A DNA stretch of 32,000 bases, taken from Candidatus Scalindua sp. (GTDB lineage: Bacteria; Planctomycetota; Brocadiia; Brocadiales; Scalinduaceae). The DNA lies in contig JALDRA010000001.1 in NCBI GenBank assembly GCA_031316235.1, forward strand, positions 3,390,001-3,422,000, given 5' to 3'. How positions within the stretch are numbered: position 1 is the first letter of the stretch; the number at the start of each line of letters is the position of its first letter. Positions 16,800 to 22,449 of the stretch are shown here, piece by piece. The translations under genes were made by a program, and so were the position numbers. Below the pieces are notes generated by a model. It saw only the letters and a list, made by a program, of their open reading frames with translations. It ran no database searches and had not been told where the DNA came from.

Positions 16800-17882
16800 A
16801 TGATCGATAAGAAACAGGATAAACAGATGCAGGAAAATTACGACGTGGTAATTGTGGGAGCCGGTCCTTCCGGTGCGATGGCCGCACGGGTGCTGGTAGA
16901 GAAGGGACTGAGAGTGCTGATAATTGAGAAAAAGAGACTACCTCGATACAAGATATGCTCTGGAATCATATTCAGGAAATCACAAGATATAACAGACAGA
17001 TATTTTGGGCAAATCCCGAAATCTGCTTATGTGGAGCCCGAGCTACTGCAGGGAGTCCGGATGTGGGATTGCAGTGGAGGCTACCGTGATATGCCATTCA
17101 GTAAGGAGGGGAGAGGGGCACCAAATGTTTGGCGGTCAGAATTTGATCACTGGCTTGTTCGCGGTTCTGGCGCAGAGGTTCGGGATCTTTTCGTTTTTTT
17201 GGGTTTTGATGTTGAAGGCGACTCTTTAACACTCAAATGCCGGGATATGAGAGAAGAGAGGGAAGTTCGTGTTACCGGTAAGTACCTGGTAAGTGCGGAG
17301 GGTGGCAAATCCTTGATTCGGGCTCAGCTTGATCCGGAGTTTGAAAATGGATTGAGATGGTTTGTTGCATATCAGAATTACTATGAAGGTGAATCAGACC
17401 TTGACCCCAATCTCTATCATGGTTTTCTTGATCCGCAATACGGTGACGTCTATGCATGGTTTAGTGTGAAGGACGGACTGCAGATATTTGGTACAGCAGT
17501 AAAGAAGGGGAGCATGATTGCTCCCTATCTCATGAAATATACTGAATTTTTGAAGGATCAATTCAGTCTGAAACTCAAGGAGATGGTTAGAAAGTCTGGT
17601 TGCGTGGGAAACAATATGTGTCCGGAGGGTAAATTTTATCTGGGCAAGGGAAACGTGCTGCTGGTTGGAGAAGCAGGTGGGTTTTTGAACGCATTTGGCG
17701 AGGGTATATCCTGTGCACTTACATCGGGTTTATGTGCCGGAGAGGCCATAATTAAATGTTTGGAGTCCGGAGAAAGTGCGCTTTCCTTATATACGGAGCT
17801 TACGAAACATGAAAGAAGACTCACCCGGCTGTCATGGAGGATGGGGGGGAAGATGGCGGGCAGGAATCTTATGCCCTTATAG
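16800..17882 (+). CDS. NAD(P)/FAD-dependent oxidoreductase (geranylgeranyl-reductase-like family)
   Basis: 360 aa with the N-terminal dinucleotide fold YDVVIVGAGPSGAMAARVL..IIEKK and the later motif LLVGEAGGF. Confidence 0.75.
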   Translation: MIDKKQDKQMQENYDVVIVGAGPSGAMAARVLVEKGLRVLIIEKKRLPRYKICSGIIFRKSQDITDRYFGQIPKSAYVEPELLQGVRMWDCSGGYRDMPFSKEGRGAPNVWRSEFDHWLVRGSGAEVRDLFVFLGFDVEGDSLTLKCRDMREEREVRVTGKYLVSAEGGKSLIRAQLDPEFENGLRWFVAYQNYYEGESDLDPNLYHGFLDPQYGDVYAWFSVKDGLQIFGTAVKKGSMIAPYLMKYTEFLKDQFSLKLKEMVRKSGCVGNNMCPEGKFYLGKGNVLLVGEAGGFLNAFGEGISCALTSGLCAGEAIIKCLESGESALSLYTELTKHERRLTRLSWRMGGKMAGRNLMPL

Positions 17883-17918
17883 TGTTTGAAAGAAAACTGC
17901 CCATCTACTGCGTTGCTG

Positions 17919-17972
17919 TAATAATTCCGTAATCCTCACGTACTTGAGTACGTTCCGGTTACGCAATTATTA
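17919..17972. repeat. 54-nt bipartite imperfect palindrome (structured element downstream of the oxidoreductase gene)
   Basis: The outer arms TAATAATTCCGTAATCC / GGTTACGCAATTATTA pair at 14 of 16 positions, counting one G-T. The inner stem ACGTACT/AGTACGT is perfect. No T-run follows. Confidence 0.6.
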
Positions 17973-17997
17973 CGCGCCTTGTACCTGGACGGTTTTC

Positions 17998-18110
17998 GTT
18001 CAAACACAGGGTCTCTGTTCAAACACAGAGGCACTGTTCAAGCACTCTATATTTCTAAAGAGTGGGCAGTGGGCAATAAACAGTTGACAGTTAGCAGTTG
18101 GCAGTTGACA
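17998..18110. repeat. cluster of short tandem repeats (19-mer x2.5; heptamers AGTGGGC x2 and CAGTTGR-type x4)
   Basis: GTTCAAACACAGGGTCTCT / GTTCAAACACAGAGGCACT / GTTCAAGCACT at 17998-18046. AGTGGGCAGTGGGC at 18061-18074. ACAGTTG ACAGTTA GCAGTTG GCAGTTG ACA at 18080-18110. Confidence 0.85.
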
Positions 18111-18234
18111 AAAATAGGGAAAAACGGAACACCTTTCTGTAAACCAATAAATTTTTAAAGCAAAGTATATTGGCCCTCTTACTAACAAGCGTGTCAATTT
18201 GCCAATTTCCTACTGCCTGCTCAGCAGATTGCCA

Positions 18235-18750
18235 ATGATAAAGGTAACCTGTTCACTAAAACACGAGGGTACTGCTATCATAATCTTAATCATATCATTA
18301 ATTATAATGTTTGCAGGCTTAATGGGGATAGTGCTTCCTATTGTTCCCAGTACGCCCGTTATCTGGTTTGGCGCGTTTCTCTATGCATTTTTTGATGGCT
18401 TTAACAAGATAACCTGGATGATGCTCATCATCTTTGCTGCCATGACCATATTCTCGTTAGTACTCGATTACTTTGGAGGTATTATCGGGGCAAAGAAATT
18501 CGGAGCGACAAGGTGGGGTATCATTGGATCTATCATAGGGGGAATCGTAGGCTTCTTTACGGGCGGCTTGGTTGGCTTAATCTTTGGCCCCTTTTTCGGC
18601 GCGGTATTATTCGAGATACTGTTTGGTAAGGATTTTAAGACTGCCTTTAAATCAGGGGTTGGTACAATAGTCGGTTTCCTTGGTGGTGCAGTAGCAAAGC
18701 TCGTCATCAGTGTTGTCATGATTGGGATCTTTATCTGGAAGGTGTTTTAG
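18235..18750 (+). CDS. DUF456-family membrane protein
   Basis: Gly-rich polytopic protein with LPIVPSTP, GAKKFGATRWG and GLIFGPFFGAVLFE, typical of DUF456. The start is uncertain: ATG at 18235 or TTG at 18199. Confidence 0.7.
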   Translation: MIKVTCSLKHEGTAIIILIISLIIMFAGLMGIVLPIVPSTPVIWFGAFLYAFFDGFNKITWMMLIIFAAMTIFSLVLDYFGGIIGAKKFGATRWGIIGSIIGGIVGFFTGGLVGLIFGPFFGAVLFEILFGKDFKTAFKSGVGTIVGFLGGAVAKLVISVVMIGIFIWKVF

Positions 18751-18811
18751 TACGCCATGTTGTAAATAAGGTTACGTATTGTATCCAATTCTTTATTAGG
18801 AAGCCAGGAAA

Positions 18812-18849
18812 CCATGAGATTAGGAATTGCTAATTCCCTAATCTCATGG
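18812..18849. repeat. 38-nt near-perfect palindrome flanked by an 8-nt direct repeat CCAGGAAA
   Basis: CCATGAGATTAGGAATT-GCT-AATTCCCTAATCTCATGG. CCAGGAAA occurs at 18804-18811 and 18851-18858. Confidence 0.7.
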
Positions 18850-18893
18850 CCCAGGAAAGAACAACAAGTTGTTTTTTCCTGGGCCCTAAACAC
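18849..18893 (-). repeat. 45-nt hairpin repeat, copy B
   Basis: GCCCAGGAAAGAACAAC-AA-GTTGTTTTTTCCTGGGC forms a long stem. It is the reverse complement of the element at 13322-13366. Confidence 0.7.
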
Positions 18894-18982
18894 ATCTCGT
18901 CTCTTAATAGACACTCTCTACCTCTGCCGAAACTTACTCAATTAATCTCTAAAAATAAAAAAACATGACAGGTATAATATCA

Positions 18983-19289
18983 TCAATCGCCCAGAGGACT
19001 CCTCACATCAAGTATATTTTTTGTTGCAACATGAGTGTAGATCATTGTGGTTTGAAGGTTTCAGTGCCCGAGCAACTCCTGAATTTTCCTGATGTCATAT
19101 TCTTTTTCCAGAAGATGGGGAGCAAAACTGTGTCTGAGGGTATGTACCGATGCCGGTTTTGTGATATCAGTTTTTATCACAGCACTCTTAAAAGTCTTCT
19201 GTAACGATGCGGGATGCATGTGATGACGGCGAACCGTATGAGTACGTGGATCTACTGACCTAAAACTGAACGCGATCAAATAACAAGTT
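18983..19289 (-). pseudogene. intI: integron-integrase-like tyrosine recombinase, 3' remnant with an in-frame TGA
   Basis: Translation gives ..[92 protein letters not shown]. This carries the box II motifs ([16 protein letters not shown] with the catalytic Tyr) and an IntI-like tail (V-R-SPL). About two thirds of the N-terminus is missing. The TGA is at 19061-19063. Confidence 0.8.
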
Positions 19290-19309
19290 CAGAGATCCGG
19301 ATCTCTGAA
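19288..19309. repeat. perfect 22-bp palindrome at the truncation point of the integrase remnant
   Basis: TTCAGAGATCC|GGATCTCTGAA. The integrase reading frame opens at 19289. Confidence 0.9.
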
Positions 19310-19340
19310 TTTATAGAATTTTTCTTCATGCCAAGTGCAA

Positions 19341-19426
19341 GTATAACAAATTGAACTTTACATTCGAGATGTTGAACTATAATATGCTGTCAAATTATAG
19401 AATAAATATAAAAATTAATGTTAGGG
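19341..19426 (+). other. junction region ending in the crossover-type core GTTAGGG (attI-like or decayed attC; unresolved)
   Basis: It begins with GTATAAC (an RYYYAAC-like core) and ends with G|TTAGGG at 19420-19426. It contains direct TTGAACT repeats and two short hairpins, but no clean L''/L' pairing. Confidence 0.4.
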
Positions 19427-19447
19427 TAAAAATAAACTGGTACATAA

Positions 19448-19720
19448 ATGGAATTTGAATGGGATAAAAAAAAAGCAGCATCAAATGAAATAAAACATGG
19501 TGTCTCATTTCAAGAGGCTGGTACAATATTTGGTGATCCATTAGCTTTAACATACAATGATCCAGATCACTCAATTAACGAAAATCGATATATTACTTTT
19601 GGAATTTCAAGACTGGGCAAGAACTTGGTAGTGTCCCATACTGAGCGTGGCGATAAAACCAGGATCATTAGTGCTCGCCAAATGACAAAGAATGAAAGGA
19701 CAATATATGAAGAAGGTTAA
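19448..19720 (+). CDS. brnT: BrnT-family (DUF497) type II toxin
   Basis: 90 aa with FEWDKKKAASNEIKHGVSFQEA..FGDP..DPDHS..E.R..T.G....L.VVSHTERG.KTRIISARQMTKNE, the typical BrnT pattern. Confidence 0.85.
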   Translation: MEFEWDKKKAASNEIKHGVSFQEAGTIFGDPLALTYNDPDHSINENRYITFGISRLGKNLVVSHTERGDKTRIISARQMTKNERTIYEEG

Positions 19721-19937
19721 AAAGGAAGATGAATTAAAACCTGAATACAAGAGATCAGAGCTAGGCAAAGGGGTCAGAGGAAAATATTATGAGTCATATA
19801 AATCCTCACATAACCTTGTTCTTCTCAATCCGGAAGTTGCAAGCGCTTTCCCGACTGAGCAGGCAGTAAATAAGGCACTTATGTCATTAATTGCCAAATC
19901 TAAAACAGCAAAAACCCTAACAAAAAAATCCAGTTGA
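19707..19937 (+). CDS. putative antitoxin partner of BrnT
   Basis: Small ORF overlapping the toxin stop, with AAAGGA 6 nt before the ATG. It has the motif ELKPEY.RSELGKGVRGKY seen in small antitoxin-type proteins. Family assignment is tentative. Confidence 0.6.
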   Translation: MKKVKKEDELKPEYKRSELGKGVRGKYYESYKSSHNLVLLNPEVASAFPTEQAVNKALMSLIAKSKTAKTLTKKSS

Positions 19938-20047
19938 CCAGAAATGTGATATTTTTTTTGTCGGAATAGGGCTGCAAAAAAACGGTTTCAAGTCTATCAG
20001 AGCCAATTTTCATGTCTATTTCCACCAACTGATTTAAAACGTTATAC
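19915..20047 (+). other. candidate integron attC site (133 bp) of the brnT/antitoxin cassette
   Basis: R'' is CCCTAAC (19915-21), followed by a 4-nt spacer. L'' is AAATC[C]AGTTG (19926-36, with an extra C). L' is CAACTGATTT (20026-35), followed by a 5-nt spacer and R' G|TTATAC (20041-47). R'' is the exact reverse complement of GTTAGGG at the cassette start. Confidence 0.75.
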
Positions 20048-20076
20048 CATGGAAATAAAAAACAACGGAGTATTCA

Positions 20077-20373
20077 ATGTCATATGAATCGCAAAGCATC
20101 AGGGATGCTATTGAGGAAGTTAATAGGACATACTTCCTGCCAGCGATACAAAGAGAGTTCGTTTGGGACACATATCGCGTAGAAAAGCTGTTTGATTCAA
20201 TAATGGGTGATTATCCGATTAGCTCATTTTTGTTCTGGAAAGTTAGAGAAGAAAATAAGAAGGACTGGGCTTCTTATGAATTCATCAGAAATTTTGACCA
20301 AGACGCCCCACACAACATTTACACTGAACTATCTGGAATCAACAAAGACATATACCTTATTTTATGGCCATAA
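20077..20373 (+). pseudogene. DUF262 (GmrSD/ParB-like nuclease N-terminal domain) gene, truncated after about 98 codons
   Basis: YFLPAIQREFVW, LFDSIMGDYPISSFLFW is the N-terminal DUF262 signature. The frame stops just where the conserved DGQQR motif would be expected. Full-length family members are several-fold longer. Confidence 0.7.
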
Positions 20374-20475
20374 AAATAAGCAAGTAGAACCGCTACTCAA
20401 CCATACCGCGGGATACGTGGTTTAATTTTAAAACTAAATTCTTGTGCGGCTTATCAAGGGTGTCGTTATTTGTCT

Positions 20476-21228
20476 ATGAAAATAGTCTCTTGGAACTGTA
20501 ACGGGGCTTTAAGAAAAAAGACCCAAGAAGTAGATAAGCTTGATGCAGATATTATTATTATACAAGAATGCGAAGATCCTGCCTTGTCAACAAAAGATTA
20601 TCAAAATTGGGCTGGAGACTATTTGTGGGTCGGTGACTCAAATCATAAGGAAATCTGTGTATTTCCTAAAAACAATAATGAAGTAAAACGCCTGGACTGG
20701 TATGGAGAATTTGAAATAGAAGGCTTGAGTAGTCATAGCTCTTCTATAAAGTGGACAACTTATGATTTAAAGTTGTTTCTTCCTTGTAAAGTAAACGAAA
20801 GCTTTAATATTTTAGGCGTTTGGACAAAGGGTACAGATTCAGAAGTCTTTGGATATATTGGCCAGTTCTGGAAATTCCTTCAAATTCACAAAAAGAATCT
20901 ATCGACAAGTAGGCAAATAATTATAGGGGATTTTAATAGTAACAAAATATGGGACAAAGCTGATAGATGGTGGAACCACTCAGATGTAGTTTGTGAATTG
21001 AACGATATCGGCCTTATAAGCTTATTTCATCACCAACACGTTGAAAATCAAGGGAAAGAGTCTATTCCTACGTTCTTCATGCACAGAAAAAAAGAAAAAT
21101 CATATCATATTGATTATGCATTTATATCAACTGATTTTGTAAATAGCAGTAATATTGAAATTGGTGGAAAGGAAAGTTGGCTATCATTAAGTGATCATAT
21201 GCCAATAAGCGTGACTTTAAACAGTTAG
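20476..21228 (+). CDS. endonuclease/exonuclease/phosphatase (EEP) family protein
   Basis: MKIVSWNCNG.., IIIIQECE, IIGDFNS, and SDHMPISVTL at the C-terminus are the classic EEP/ExoIII-like motifs. I prefer the ATG at 20476 over the TTG at 20470. Confidence 0.85.
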   Translation: MKIVSWNCNGALRKKTQEVDKLDADIIIIQECEDPALSTKDYQNWAGDYLWVGDSNHKEICVFPKNNNEVKRLDWYGEFEIEGLSSHSSSIKWTTYDLKLFLPCKVNESFNILGVWTKGTDSEVFGYIGQFWKFLQIHKKNLSTSRQIIIGDFNSNKIWDKADRWWNHSDVVCELNDIGLISLFHHQHVENQGKESIPTFFMHRKKEKSYHIDYAFISTDFVNSSNIEIGGKESWLSLSDHMPISVTLNS

Positions 21229-21282
21229 CCATGCCATCAAATTGACGCCAAAAAGCGGCGCAATTTATGGCAAGCGTTGTAC
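21216..21282 (+). other. candidate integron attC site (67 bp) of the EEP cassette
   Basis: R'' is TTTAAAC (21216-22). The hairpin GCCAT[C]AAATTG[A]CGCC-loop-GGCGCAATTTATGGC (21233-71) has extra C and A on the 5' arm. A 4-nt spacer precedes R' G|TTGTAC (21276-82). A GCCAT tandem duplication lengthens the 5' spacer. Confidence 0.65.
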
Positions 21283-21290
21283 GTGAGAGT

Positions 21291-21701
21291 ATGAAGAAAG
21301 ATTCACAAGTTACTGGTAATATTGGGCTCTACTGGACATGCTATCATCTCTCTCGCATGGGCTGAAATGCAATGCCAACATCTCGAAACGCACGTGGCGT
21401 AGACATTATTGCCTATACCGGCGACTGTTCCCAGATGATATCCCTACAAGTCAAAACCCTTAGTAAGAGAAATCCCGTCCCACTCGGTAAGTCACTTGAC
21501 AAATTAATGGGGTAGTTCTGGGTAATCGTAAACAACGTAGTAGCTGCTCCTCCTCAGACATATATCATGCTGCCTCAGGAAGTCAAAGACCTTGCACACC
21601 GTGGAGAGAAGGATGGAAGAGTATCTTACTGGCTTCAACCTTCATCATACTGCACAGAACAGTTTCATGAGGCCTGGAACAGAAAAGGTAAACCAAATTA
21701 A
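21291..21701 (+). pseudogene. nuclease-fold (PD-(D/E)xK-like, inferred) gene inactivated by two in-frame stop codons
   Basis: A single frame reads MKKDSQVTGNIGLYWTCYHLSRMG*NAMPTSRNARGVDIIAYTGDCSQMISLQVKTLSKRNPVPLGKSLDKLMG*FWVIVNN..YIMLPQEVKDLAHRGEKDGRVSYWLQPSSY... The TGA is at 21363-65 and the TAG at 21513-15. There is no frameshift. The GVD...QVK spacing resembles a PD-(D/E)xK core. Confidence 0.6.
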
Positions 21702-21704
21702 AAC

Positions 21705-21766
21705 GTACAACATGCTGGCGTTAGGGACCGCTCGTGCCTTGCGGCCCCAGACCAGCGGCGTTGGGC
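21705..21766 (+). other. candidate integron attC site (62 bp)
   Basis: R'' GTACAAC (21705-11) is the exact reverse complement of GTTGTAC at the cassette start. An imperfect hairpin (GCTGG..GGG.CCGC / GCGG.CCC..CCAGC) follows. R' is G|TTGGGC (21760-66), which fits GTTRRRY perfectly. Confidence 0.7.
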
Positions 21767-21984
21767 TTAAAAAATATAAGGAGATTTGTTATGTTCTTGA
21801 AGACGAGGAAGGTTTAGCCAACATGCGTCACCTTGGGAAATGCATCGATTGGCTTGGCAAGGCCATTATTCCCACTATAGATAACTATCCAAAGTCTTAG
21901 TCTTTACAGATAACAAAGGATATGCTCTATTCTCCTATTGTCGAATAACGTATATCCAGAACGTTGAGAAGAAAAGATGAAAAT

Positions 21985-22005
21985 GTATAACAAATAAGGT
22001 TAGAT
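21985..22005 (+). other. collapsed core-site pair GTATAAC-7 nt-GTTAGAT
   Basis: An R''-like and an R'-like 7-mer lie only 7 nt apart. The 11-mer GTATAACAAAT is identical to 19341-19351. Confidence 0.4.
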
Positions 22006-22094
22006 TGTGTGAAGAGGAACGGAAAACAGCGAGTTTTTTATAGATTTCTGCTATTACTGTTTTTCGTTGCTTACCCATGTCGTTTGACATTGAT

Positions 22095-22361
22095 ATGACA
22101 CATAAATTAATAGCGGCGTCGTTTCTTATAGCATCAGTCACCCTTGTTCGTCTGATACTGAAGGACAACTGGGACAATGTAGCGGCGCTATCGAATTTCA
22201 AAGGGCCGGTCGAAATTATTGGCGCTGAAAATGACACGGTTATCCCGGTGAGACACGCAAAGGCTCTTGCCGCGGCTATTCCCGGATCAAAGCTGTCGAT
22301 TATTGATGGAGGCCATAATGATTGGTCTTACGAGAGCCGAGTGAAAATTAGGAATCCATGA
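22095..22361 (+). pseudogene. alpha/beta-hydrolase C-terminal fragment
   Basis: ..FKGPVEIIGAENDTVIPVRHAKALAAAIPGSKLSIIDGGHND.. carries the acid (D) and His regions of the catalytic triad. The nucleophile-elbow part of the fold is absent. Confidence 0.55.
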
Positions 22362-22379
22362 GGTGTTTTGCCAGAAACG

Positions 22380-22447
22380 GTCGAACCAGGTGTTCCACCG
22401 GAACTGCGGGAAAGGGTACTCGCCTGCCGGTGAACTTTTCGTTCAAC
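22380..22447 (+). other. candidate integron attC site (68 bp), last of the array
   Basis: R'' GTCGAAC, 5-nt spacer CAGGT, L'' GTTC[C]ACCGG, 25-nt loop, L' CCGGTGAAC, 5-nt spacer TTTTC, R' GTTCAAC. R''/R' complementarity is 6/7. It abuts the stop codon of the histidine kinase gene. Confidence 0.75.
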
Positions 22448-22449
22448 TG

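Noticed and set aside
20395-20426. ACTCAAC...GTTTAAT as the complete attC of the DUF262 cassette.
   Set aside because: The cores are only 32 bp apart, far below known attC sizes, and R'' does not match the cassette start (TTATAC). It is more likely the 3' stub of a site left after the deletion that truncated the gene.
19061-21515. In-frame TGA/TAG codons (19061, 21363, 21513) as selenocysteine, pyrrolysine or stop-codon reassignment.
   Set aside because: All well-conserved genes in the window terminate normally at TAA, TAG or TGA. The affected genes are truncated or sit in a decaying island. I saw no obvious SECIS-like hairpin immediately downstream. Nonsense decay is the simpler explanation.
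21816-21854. Hairpin AGCCAAC-ATGC..GCAT-cg-ATTGGCT as a minimal attC for a cassette beginning TTGGGC at 21761.
   Set aside because: It is only 39 nt, with an A instead of G at the would-be crossover position and 5/7 agreement with the expected GCCCAAC. It may be a decayed site, but the evidence is too weak to call.
22016-22068. A 12-bp stem (AACGGAAAACAG / CTGTTTTTCGTT) with a 27-nt loop, considered as another attC.
   Set aside because: The stem runs straight from the AAC/GTT with no unpaired spacer or bulged bases, and the outer 7-mers fit the core consensus poorly. I kept it only as a generic hairpin.
21592-22237. ORFs 21592-21900 (+) and 21935-22237 (-) within the island.
   Set aside because: The first overlaps, out of frame, the better-supported stop-disrupted gene and runs through an attC-like hairpin. 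The second is antisense to the hydrolase fragment. Neither shows family motifs.
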